A DNA stretch of 64,000 bases from Dipteris shenzhenensis (lineage: Eukaryota), in the NCBI GenBank assembly GCA_047967505.1, contig CM106538.1; one strand, written 5' to 3'. Of the stretch, positions 47,366-58,754 are shown piece by piece. Each line of letters begins with the position of its first letter. The first letter of the stretch is position 1. Position numbers and translations under genes: made by a program. The notes under the pieces are model-generated. The model ran no database searches, was not told the DNA's origin, and worked only from the letters and a program-made list of their open reading frames with translations.

Positions 47366-50300
47366 ATGTCGCTCCGACCCAATGCTCGCGCTGAGAGCCG
47401 CAAGAAGACCTACAAGATCTCTGTCGACGCTGATGAAGCCCGCCGCAAGCGTGAAGACAACCTCGTCGAGATCCGTAAAAGCAAGCGCGAAGAGAGCTTG
47501 CTCAAAAAGCGCAAGGAGGGCTTGCCCCCCCAGCAGCAGCAGCAGCTTGGCTCCGGCCTCCAGTCCAGCTCCATCGAGAAGAAGGTATGGCCCTGCCTGC
47601 CCTTTTCAATCCAAGCGAACTTTTAGCGATCCTCCCTCGGTGCGTGCGAAAGAGTCCCTCTTGGATTCTCTTGCCCTTGCTATCCATTTTTTTGGGTTTA
47701 AGATTGCAAGCGCTGTAATAACAGCATCTGGGTTTGTACGGGCTAGGAATTGGATTCTTGTCTATGTATTTTGGTATATATTGCCCTTCATGGTGCCCTA
47801 GCAGCAGTTTAAGAGCGCTGCTCCTCTTTCTGCAGCTGGAGAGTTTGCCGGCGATGGTGAGTGGAGTTTGGTCTGAAGATCCGAATACGCAAGTGGAGGC
47901 TACATATCAATTCAGGAAGCTTCTTTCTATCGGTAAGCACTCTCTGCTTGATAAGTAACGCTCGTCACCCTGCCCATTCGGTCATATCTGAGTCTGCTCT
48001 TAACCTCCTCGGTCTGTCTGTGTACAGATGTGTGATAATGAAGTGTCACATACGTAGGAATGTCTGTTGTTTGAAGCTTGATGATTGGACGTTTGCCGAT
48101 AACCTGGGTGCTAACACTGGGCTTTCAATTGGTTTATCCTGGCTATCTCCTTACGCCTACTGTATGCTTGTGCTTACCTTGCCACTAGTGTCAACCTTCT
48201 TATAAATCCATGTGCTTTCTTATTCACAGAACGCAGTCCTCCTATTCAGGAAGTCATCCAAGCTGGGGTGGTTCCTCGGTTTGTTGAGTTTCTTTTTCGA
48301 AGCGACTTCCCTCAGCTGCAGGTACTCAGCAGTGTTTTTTGAGGAGGATCTGATGAATGACAATAAAGGTAGCTTGTCAAAAATGTATTTTGTTCTCCTG
48401 CAAGCACAGGGCTAAAGCTTAAGGATTCAAAATCTATAGGTTTGTACCCTGGGCATGACGCAACTATATTATGACGCAATCCATATTATGACGCAACTAT
48501 ACATGCATGTAGTCCGTTTGTATGTACACAATTGCAGATAGAGATTGTGCACACACGCGTAGGTAGGCAGGCAGGCACTCACTCTCTGTCCCTCACGTGC
48601 ACACTTCTCTACACCTGCAATATAAGTTAATCAAATTTGTGTAGATGCTGATATTGCATGCTTTATATAAGTGAACGGAAATAAATAAAATGTAGATATT
48701 TATGTAGCCCCTACTGCCTGCCCACTTATTTGGACCCTTTGGAGGCATCATTCCATTTGCACTGCCAAGTTCGCAAGCCTGTAGGTTTGCCCGAGTCTTT
48801 CAGCAGATAAGATATTTTTTTCCTGATTGAACCTAAATTAATCGGTTACTTGCTTATCCAGTTTGAGGCAGCATGGGCTTTGACCAACATTGCGTCTGGA
48901 ACTTCAGATCATACTAGAGTAGTCATAGATCATGGTGCAGTTCCTATCTTTGTGCAGCTTCTCAGCTCTCCTGGGGACGATGTCCGCGAACAGGTATTGC
49001 TTTTTATTAGCATTTTCTATCTCTTATGTTATACAGTAGGACTTCAAATAGAAACTTTTACCAGAACAGGAAGGAACCATGTGTAATAAGGGTTTTCCTG
49101 CATGGTGATGATTGTATGAGTGCCCCAATGTTTTTTTTAAAAGAAAGAAAGGTGTGCTTTCAATAACACATGTAAAAATGGGTTCAGGCTGTGTGGGCTT
49201 TGGGAAATGTTGCCGGTGATTCACCAAAGTGCAGAGATCTGGTTCTTAGTCAAGGTGCCATGTTACCGCTTCTCAGTCAACTGAACGAGAATGCAAAGCT
49301 TTCAATGCTTCGGAATGCAACCTGGACCCTCTCAAATTTCTGTCGTGGAAAGCCTCCGCCTCCTTTTGAGCAGGTGCTTTGGGATAGAGCTTCTCTTGTT
49401 TTTCAGGCTAGGTTTCAGGATTTTATCTAGTTTTGAGTCCTTTGGGGATGCGATTAAGAATCTAGCATTTTGCAGGCTTAATTACATTTGAACATTGCAA
49501 ATTTTCCTTCATGTTCTTACTTGTGTCCAGACCAAAGTTGCTCTGCCTGCTCTTGAGCGGTTGATCCACTCGATGGATGAGGATGTTCTGATAGATGCTT
49601 GCTGGGCACTCTCATATCTCTCTGATGGCACAAATGATAAAATTCAGTCTGTAATAGAAGCTGGGGTCTGTAGAAGGCTTGTCGAGCTACTAATGTGAGG
49701 ATAAGAATTCATTCTGAAGGACACTCATGCTATCACTCAACCTGATGTTATAGACCTGCAAGATATGACTTTTGATGTGTGAAATGCATGATTCATGTTT
49801 CCCAGTCACCTTTTAATTGCTGGTCGGTTCTTGGTGATGTTTCAGGCACCCTTCTCCGTCTGTTCTCATACCTGCCTTAAGGACAGTGGGGAATATAGTC
49901 ACAGGGGATGATATACAGACACAGGTCAGTTCCTTGTTACATCATGTGCATGTTTTACGTACAACTTATGGAAACTGTCTGTAAGCTTTGCTATTTCTAT
50001 AGCATGATCATTATAGGTTGTTGTATCGTGCCTCATCATATTATGAAACGACTATTTTCACAGATCATGATCAACAACCAAGTGCTTCCTTGCCTTCTGG
50101 TGCTGCTCACTCATAACCACAAAAAAAGTATCAAGAAAGAAGCATGTTGGACCATATCAAATATCACAGCAGGGAACAAAGAACAGATTCAGGTATGCCA
50201 TTATTATACTAAGAGCTAAACTTTATCTTTTAGGGTTGTCCGCTTACTTTTTACTATCTATGGCTTTCAGGCTGTAATTGATGCAAATATTATATCTCCT

Positions 50301-50934
50301 TTGGTAGCATTGTTGGGTTCTTCGGAGTTTGACATCAAGAAGGAAGCTGCCTGGGCAATGTCAAATGCAACATCAGGAGGAACTCATGAGCAGATTAAGT
50401 ACTTAAATTTATGAGATTAAAACTGAACACTGTTGTGTTCTTAGAGGATGAGTCTGGGCATGTTTCTGAATTCATCTAGCTATAATTAACTGTTCACCCA
50501 AAAAAAGGTATTGCTCTGGGGAGCTGCTGAAGTTTGTGCTTTTGGTATTGAGATTGTGCAGATATCTTGTGAGTCAAGGTTGCATCAAGCCATTGTGTGA
50601 TCTTTTGAATTGCCCCGATCCTCGTGTCATTACTGTTTGCTTGGAGGGGCTTGAAAATATATTAAGAATCGGTGAGGCAGAGAAGGACCTTGGGCATACA
50701 AGTGGCATCAATATGTATGCCCAGTTTGTGGATGAGGCAGATGGCCTTGAAAAGATCGAGAATTTGCAGACACATGATAACACAGACATATACACGAAAG
50801 CTGTGAAGCTTCTAGAAAAGTACTGGTTGGAGGAAGAGGAGGATCAGAATCTTGCAGCTGCTGGCACTGATCAACCTGCTTATAACTTCGGTGGATATCA
50901 GCAAGTTCCAAGTGGAGGTTTTGACTTCACTTGA
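47366..50934 (+). CDS. IMPA: Importin subunit alpha (IBB domain + ARM repeats), 10 exons, 532 aa
   Basis: Exons 47366-47584, 47836-47932, 48230-48321, 48862-48993, 49188-49373, 49531-49694, 49846-49924, 50064-50192, 50271-50398, 50562-50934; all introns GT-AG, phases consistent, total 1599 nt; motifs [63 protein letters not shown]. Confidence 0.97.
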
Positions 50935-51997
50935 TGGGTAATCATTCTTCCACATTGGGGTCTTCAGCCTGCCCATATTGGCAAGCATTTTTCCAGTTTT
51001 GGACTTATTCCTTGCTGTTTCCAAATTCACAGGACTGCTCTTTAAACCTTAATGGTTCCTCAAGAAGCTCGTTGAGGTGATACATACCACAGCTGCAGAT
51101 CTGTACTGAATGTTTGTTTTTCATGAGTCGTCAAGGCTAGCTGTTGCCTTTGAAAAAGTGTCCGTCTTTCAACAGCACTTCTAACCTGTGATGTGTTTGA
51201 GAAAGAATTCTCATTGGTTGTATGCCATGAGAAGTCGCATGTGCAGCTTGGCTCCTGGCAAGGAATACGGTTGGAGAGCTTTCTGCATGGTCTGGCTGTC
51301 TCCAGACCTGCATTGTTCACTTGATGCGGGCTGCACTTGCCGAAGAGATTGCCTAGCTCATATCTGGAAAATGCCTTGATTTGCATGAAGATAGCTATTG
51401 TGGCAATAATCTTAGAACGTCAAAGGCATGCTTATGCTTCTTCATTGTGAAGCGAACTGAAGTGTAAAATGGTTCTGAGAAGGGATCCTCATTTTGAGAA
51501 TGGTCAAAGACTAATTTCGTATTAAAGGCAGTGTCTGGTATAATCAGGTATTAATTATTCAACTTCTTGAATATTAAGACCAGCCGTCATGAGTGTTTGT
51601 TGATCTTGGTATTTTTTTGGAGTTGGTAAATCTGAAATCGTACTCTCTAAACTCCGAAGTAAAAGCATCTCAAGCCTTTTTGGCCGGAAAGATGAAATTT
51701 ATTCGTATGATGAAATTTATTCGTATTATGCACAACTCTTGCAAGGTAACTATTGTTCAATCTACTTGACCATTCCAAAGTGTCATTTTGGTAGTTGCTC
51801 CATTGTAAGAAATAAAGCTCAATTGTACCATTTTGCAAGCCTCATTTCAGAAAGTTATCAAGCTCACTAACATTGTATGACTAGGTCATTCCAATTCAAA
51901 TAAATTGAAGATGTAAGATGTGTGATGACAAAGTCATACAGTAGATGTGGTGATTTTAGTGGTCCAAATGGAGATCATTTTTGTAAATTGTGTGGAT

Positions 51998-52450
51998 CAT
52001 AGGTTAAAAATATGCAGCTTTGGCTAGTGATATATACTTATCAAAATGCCTAGCATGCCCCTTTCTTTCTACATTTACCACTTCATGCTTTTGGGCTTTG
52101 GACACCTTGCGAAAAGTACATGACCACTTTGTCTAGCAATGTTTTCTCCATCTAATTGAGATGGGTCAGGGGCCAAGCATTAATCTTGGTTGCAAACAAG
52201 GCATGTCAAGCTAGTTCTTTCGAAAGAAGATTTGTAGTTTTTTCTTTTCATAGGTTAAAAATATATAGCTTTGGCTAGTGATATACTTATCCAATCCCTT
52301 TCTTTCTACATTTACCACTTGCTTTTGGGCTTTGGACCCCTTGCGGAATGTATACGACCATGTTGTCTACCAATGTTTTCTTCATTTAATTGAGATAGGT
52401 CATGGGCCAAGCTAGTTCTTTTGAAAGTAGGTTTCTTGTTTTTTCTTTTT
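51998..52450. repeat. Imperfect tandem duplication, unit about 250 bp
   Basis: cataggttaaaaatat..agctttggctagtgatata...ctttctttctacatttaccactt...aagctagttcttt occurs twice. Confidence 0.9.
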
Positions 52451-53069
52451 ATTCTCTCTTTGTCTCTCTCTCTTAGAGACTCATGAGCAAAAGGTCGATG
52501 TCCCAAATCCCCTATCTTGAAAGTAGTGGTTCTTTACAAGGAGTTTTTGTTTTGAATAACAATTAAGTAGTGAGACTTATGCTAGGTCATCCCTAGCACA
52601 AACTATGAATGGAAGTTTTTGTCTTGAACGACAAGAAGTAGTGAAGCTATGCTAGGTCATCCCTAGCACATACTAGGATTATAACTCTCATAATTTGGGT
52701 CCACAGCAATCTGCGATTGCTTGTCTTCCCACAAACAAAGAGATGAGATGGGCATTTCGCATAGGAGCAAAGCTGAGGCTTATTGAGATGGAGGCAGTCG
52801 ATTGGGCTATGGTGGTTGCTTGCTTTATATAAGTTTACTCCAACTTGTAATCTCATTTTTTAAATTGTTTTATTCTTTAAGTTTCAATCTAACTTCAAAT
52901 TAATATAGTTTCACTCTTAGGGTGTAAGCTTGAACGTCCCATCAGCGAACGCAAGCGATGATGAGAAGGCAGGTCTTGAGGGATTATGCTTAGACGGCTT
53001 CGACAAGGTCAGGGATCACACGGTCACGAGATCCAGGGCGACGACGATGACGATAACGACTTTGATGAT

Positions 53070-53400
53070 TCAGATGAGAAGTAGTAGTAGTAGTAGTTTG
53101 TATATACTTCAGCATGTATATGCTTTTGTCTGTCGGCTCGTTTAAGCGATTTTATATCACTCTTTTCGAAAGGAAAATTTTGTAATCAGATGAGAAGTAG
53201 TAGTAGTAGTAGTTTGTATATACTTCAGCATGTATATGCTTTTGTTTGTCAGCTCGTTTAAGCGATTTTATATCACCCTTTTCGAAAGGAAAATTTTGTA
53301 ACAAACAAGGTTGTATATACTTCGGCATGTATATGCTTTTGTCTGTTGGCTCGTTTGAGCGATTTTTTATCACCCTTTTCATAAGGGAAATTTTGTAACA
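53070..53400. repeat. Three tandem copies of a unit of about 100-116 bp
   Basis: ttgtatatacttc.gcatgtatatgcttttgt.tgt..gctcgttt.agcgatttt.tatcac.cttttc..aaggaaa.ttttgtaa x3. Confidence 0.92.
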
Positions 53401-53639
53401 AACAAGGTTTAAGAGTTTTATCTTGTCTGTTTGTTTGTAAACATTCTTTTGTAATGTAAAAAAATAAACATTAGTGGGGCAAAATGGGATCACACAGCAA
53501 GCCGTGTTTTGTTCCACTAAATTTTTTTAAAAGTTCTATTAAGGGTTAGTATATACCGACGCTTTACCAGTGTCAGTATATATCGATCTTTACCAACGTC
53601 GTTATATACGGACGCTTATATAGTAGGCCTAACTCTATT

Positions 53640-53868
53640 GTCTCTTCATTTTGATGATTTGTAGTTTTTCACTTGCACAAAAAAAATTGTGAGTACTACC
53701 ATTATCAAATAACACATGAAATTGTTGAACATTAACATCAATAAAATTGCGAGTACTACCATTATCAAATAACACATGAAATGGTTGAACATTGACATAC
53801 CCCACCATGCGGATTAAATCATGGTGACCAAACATATCAATATTAAAATGGCATTTCTCATGAGTCAC
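53640..53868 (-). pseudogene. Retropepsin-like fragment with duplicated active-site motif
   Basis: IRMVGYVNVQPFHVLFDNGSTRNFIDVNVQQFHVLFDNGSTHNFF. Confidence 0.55.
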
Positions 53869-54819
53869 AATCTAAATTACAAGAAAAGACTTTAAGACTA
53901 AAAATGTAAAAAAGGATTACCTCGCATACATGATTCAATGAAGTGGATATCCTTTCCAAGCTTAGAGTTGGAAGCTCAATGGTTTTCTTTTTTTTTTCCT
54001 TTTAGGATTTCCATTTTATGTGGCCAATGAAGATCTAGTTTCTTTGCGTTCATGATTGATGTCATAGATCTTTACAAAATGGATATAGCTTCCTCCAGTG
54101 TCTGTAGTTTTTTCCTTTGGATTTCATTTTGATAATCCTTAGGTAAACTATATCACAAAGAACGAGTGCAAGATTTGTTGATTGAAGTTATGAAAATTTG
54201 CAATTATATCTTTAAAGTCCTAAAGATAAGATTCCAAGGACTTCAATTAGACAATGTAACCTAAAATCCTCATCCTGCATTTCGTGAGTCTCTCGTCCGA
54301 AGGCCCAATTCCCCTCCAAAGATCTAGATCACTGCATCCATCAAAGGAAGGATAGAATCAAGACCTGCCACATAACGCCACAAGACCATAGATAAAGCAC
54401 TCATTCGACACCCACAATCTGTTCTTTTCCAATAGACAATGGATCTAAGCAGAAATTACATGCAAGTGTCTCTTTTAGTTCCAAACAGGGACCCAATTTG
54501 AAGGGAGGAAGATCAAAGGTATGCCTAATTAATAATCTCAAATGGGAAAAGATCAAATTCAAAGAGATATAGAAACCACCTTTTGCCCATAGCCCATTTC
54601 AAATACTTGAAGGCCTCCTTCAAGCCCATTTGGTCTTGCCATCCGGAATGTTTGCCAAGCTTGTGAAATCAAAGATGCCTAAAGTGTTCTTAGCGTGCAT
54701 GTCCGACACGTTCTTAGGAACGCACATAGCAATGCCAAACTCATTGTACTCTTGTGCAAGCTTCTTGAGCTCATTACAATAGAAAGCTAAAATAATGGCA
54801 AATTATGGTGTGATTGCAT

Positions 54820-55328
54820 TTACAACCGTTCGATCCTCATTGTGTGGGACATTTGCTATTATGATATGATTTGATGTACCACCATCTATATCAATCTTTA
54901 TTATTACAAATGCGATTGTTCCTATCACAGAAGAGATGGTTTCCTTGTCGGACTTGATGAGAAATGAAGCCCAAGGTATGTAGCACGAAATTGCATTTTA
55001 TGGGAGAAAGCTAATGGAGCCATCAAAGGGCTCTGCCTTAATGATAGTGGTGGTTGTGTTCGTGCAATGATAGTTTTGAAGTGTCAATATCCCCTTGTCC
55101 CTTTTTAGAAATATTGGTGCCCTCTACTCTATAGTAAGAGTCAACTTCCAAGATCTCTTTAAATTGTTGCACATAACCTTGATGGATAACTAAGGTAATT
55201 GTATGACAAACCTCATTAGTAATGGCAGCTCTGATGCATGTGGCAACTAGGGTTGTGAGCCTTGTAAGTCTCACATTTTGCCTGCAATTTGCCCTCAAAT
55301 GCAAATCAATGTTGACGAATTCAGACAA
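54820..55328 (-). pseudogene. Possible RPA70-like OB-fold remnant (Helitron-associated type)
   Basis: HTITLVIHQGYVQQFKEILEVDSYYRVEG resembles I.A.I....V..F...L.EG..Y.I. Confidence 0.35.
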
Positions 55329-55369
55329 CTAGCTTATGCACAACAAGATAGTAGTGGACTAGTACTAAG

Positions 55370-55950
55370 ACACTGTCGATCATGATGCTCTCCTGCATGA
55401 TTCGAGGGACTAAGTGCACATCACATGATCTTATACTGGCTGAGTTTGTAGCACATCCGATGCCCATGGGCCTTTCATTCTAGATCATTGTGTACTTGGA
55501 TAGGGTCCACGGATATGGTTTGATATGGGTAGACATTAGCTATGATGTAGAGCCCTCTCAGTGCCGATGAATTTGGCAATCGATAGAGATATGATTATGC
55601 TAGTACACATAAGGCTAGTTGCTTCATGCATGCAGCATGTCCATTGATTAGTTCCCACATATCAATACTCTCTAGATGGTCCCACTCTATGCCTTACACA
55701 ATAGGAGATCCATATGTCTTTAGGGATGATCTATGGCAAAACATATATCCAGCATGTCTGGATGTCTTCGACTTGCCCCCATGGGACTAAGATGGCCTTG
55801 TATAGGGAGCCTTTCCTTCACCTCACTAAGAATGGGTTCATTCAACAATCAAGTTACCTACAAATTAACTTACCACACGTTGTATTCGATAGCCATGAGC
55901 CAACTCTGGACAACCTCTCACATTGAGTTTGGTTGAGAGGTTGAGGCCAC
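55370..55950 (+). mobile_element. Decayed 3' fragment of an RTE-like LINE
   Basis: LILAEF, LYREPFL, IAMSQLWTTSHIEFG resemble the RTE C-terminal A.LR.SSH.L.IE.GR region. Confidence 0.4.
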
Positions 55951-55954
55951 CAAC

Positions 55955-56195
55955 TGTTGAGAGATCACGCTCAACATCATGTTATCATATGTGCATAGCA
56001 CTAACCCAGTAGAGTGCTATAAAGGAAAGGGTTAGATGCCCTAACCCTAACTCTAAATGGGTTTGTATATATTCTACATTTTCAACTAAATCTAGTGTAC
56101 AGTTAGTCATTTGTGGTGTGCTCTCTAGCTGTGCCCTCTCTCCTCATCTCCACTCTTCTCCTCTCCCCTCTTTATATTTTGTCATGGTATCAGAG
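55955..56195 (+). mobile_element. 5' LTR (55955-56184, 230 bp) plus tRNA-Met PBS
   Basis: tgttgag...ttgtca then tggtatcagag; ctataaagg; same family as 28469-28709. Confidence 0.85.
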
Positions 56196-57537
56196 TTCCC
56201 TTGCCTTCCGCTAAGGCAATGCAACCCTTGAGAGTGAGAGTGATTGAGAGATTGAGAGTTCTCTTGAGTGTTTTCCGTGAGAGTTCACTTCTGGTGAGAG
56301 ATCTTCATCCATTTCTTGAAAGTAAATTTCTGCCACTTAAGAGAGAAAATTTCCGTCTATCCATTTCGAGAGAGATTTTTGTTCATTAGAGAGAGAGAGT
56401 TACTCATTCCTATGATATTTAGCTCTTCATTTAGAGCTTTCCTCCATCTCTGATTTGGTTCAGAAAGTTCATCATTTTGACCTATGGAGCTTCATCTATG
56501 CTCATTTTAGTGTTCAAAGTTCTTTTATGAGATGTTCTGAGTTTTGTAAGGTTTTGAGATAAGAGAGACGCGACAACACTCTGCAACAACAACAGCAAAG
56601 GATCGACAGGCTCCTTGATCTGCACAATCTTTGTAGACAACAACAAAGCTCAATGTCTTTGAGTTTGTAGTGCCCTCCATGCCAATAGCCTTCTACTACG
56701 ACTTTGCATAATTCCCAAGCTTCAACTGCGACGTAAACAGTGAGAGAGAATTTTTTTTATTTCTTTAAGGATGCACATAAGTCAATTGTGCAATAGGGAA
56801 TGATGGGGGAGAGGAAAAGGGGGGGGCTCCAAAGTTCTACAATCCGGGAGCCGCTTAAGTGACATTTGCAGATAGCTCATGCTTTGCATTGCTCTCACAA
56901 GGAATTGCTTGGAGTGGAGGCTCCATCGGCATTCCTTCAAGATCCCCACGACGCGTGAGTCACCATTGAGACTACACATCTTTGGCGCTGCTGTCGGGGA
57001 GTTCAAGGTATGCTTTTGCACTGTACTTGCCTTCTCTCATCATTTACCCATTGCTCATTGTTTCAAGCTTAAACAAGAGCTTTGATAATGGAGTTGTAGA
57101 AGAGGAATGAGTGAAGAAGTGTGTGTTTGGATGGAAAAAATATGAAAACTGTCATTTTCTGTTGGAAAGCATTTTTTATCACGTGAAGCTTGTTTTTTAT
57201 GTTTGTAGTGTTCTGAATTAATAAGAAGCTATTTAGAGGATTGCTAAGGTGTGTGTGATATAAAACTCCAACAACAACACTTAAAAATGAAAATGGAAGC
57301 TCAAATTCAAAGTGGCTTTTGAGTGTTGACAATCCCACATGTAGAAATCTCTCATTCGTGCAACCAAAGTGGATGTTTTTTGCTTCTTTTTGCTTCGTGT
57401 AGGTAGTTTAGATAGGGATTAGAGGAGGTATGGGAGGATTAGTGGGCTTAGTGTTTGGGGTGGTTAAAACGAGAGTGTAAAGGGAACATTTCATGGGGGG
57501 TACATAAAAGAATAATTTATAGTTGGAAAAGTATACA

Positions 57538-57583
57538 TGTGTTTGTGTGTGTGTGTGGGTGTGTGTGTGTGTGTGTGTGTGTG
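57538..57583. repeat. (GT)n microsatellite
   Basis: Direct reading. Confidence 0.95.
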
Positions 57584-57621
57584 ATTGTGATACATTTACT
57601 AATCAAAATTTATGTGTGTGT

Positions 57622-58750
57622 TGTTATGGATAAATTTGTCTAAGGAAAAAGGCATAAATATGTGTGTGTGTTTGTATGTGTGGCAATAGTATAATAAAAT
57701 ATGGTGTGCATAGGGCCCAGGGTTGAGGTGGCAGGGCATGACCATGTGCCACCCTTCCACGTAAGAGGACCCATAAGGTGTGATGTACATAATCCATGGT
57801 AGTAATATTATAAAATGTAAGGTGGCATGGTTGCTCCATGTGCCACCCCTCCACCTAAGCGGTCCCATGCCTCCATTTAGTGAGATATGGCCCAAAGTCC
57901 ATGGGAGAAGTAATATAAAATAGGTGGAGATGGATATTATATTGGATTATTCCCTCCATGTAGGATAGGCCCATGTGGGGGGGTATAGATAGTCCAAGGA
58001 TGCAAGTTAAATAATGGGGAAAATAGGATGCAGTGGCAAGATTCCTTGTGCCAACCCTCCACTTGTCCTCCTAGAGGTTTGAACATATTATAAAATTGGG
58101 AAGAGACCAAGGAAGTATCATAGACTTGAGATATGGGGCTTGATTTATGTGGAAAAATGAGGCAAAGGGTTGTCGCACACAATTGAGAGTGCGTAAACGC
58201 CTAGCCCACATGGGAGACTTTTCCACACACACCATGCATGTGGGAGGATGCATTTATTGGGAGAGACCCCCTCTCTTGGCTATAAAAGGAGGGGGCTATT
58301 CCTTGATGGGACACGCTCATTCTTGTAAAGCCAAGTAGCTAGTACTTTGATTTCCCCCTTCCCTTCCTTTCAAATAAAGCATGGCCCTCTTCCCTTGATG
58401 TCTCCATCTTTACATTCCTCCTCCCATCATGTACATGCTTCTCTTCCCCCTCCCCCTTTCCCCTTGTGCCATAGTCTCCCTCTTCATTCCCTCCCCTCCT
58501 AATCCCTTTTCCCCACCCATGATAACATTCGCCCTCATGTTCTCCTTTCCTCTATGGCCCTTGAGCGTCGCCATGCTTAGTGTCTATCCTCTTGTCTTGA
58601 TTTCTTTTCTAGGTAATAGAACTGGTGTGGCTGCTGGGATCGAAATCTCCATGGCTAGTGGTGTAAATTTCCTTCTCCTACGACTGGGTGTGATTCTGTG
58701 ACACCTTTCATCTGTGGTTCTCAGCTTCTGCACCTCCAATCTACTTCTGG
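57622..58750 (+). mobile_element. Third piece of the His-primed Gypsy family: 5' LTR 57622-58620, PBS 58623-58640, short leader
   Basis: Colinear with 38551-39660; tggtgtggctgctgggat is 18/18 to the recalled tRNA-His complement. Confidence 0.88.
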
Positions 58751-58754
58751 TTGA

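Noticed and set aside
47238-47801. 187-aa ORF overlapping importin exon 1
   Set aside because: Alternative frame of a GC-rich exon, low-complexity, runs into the intron
38551-58620. One giant LTR element that captured importin-alpha
   Set aside because: Both LTRs are followed by a PBS and leader, so both are 5' LTRs of separate insertions; no TSD brackets the pair
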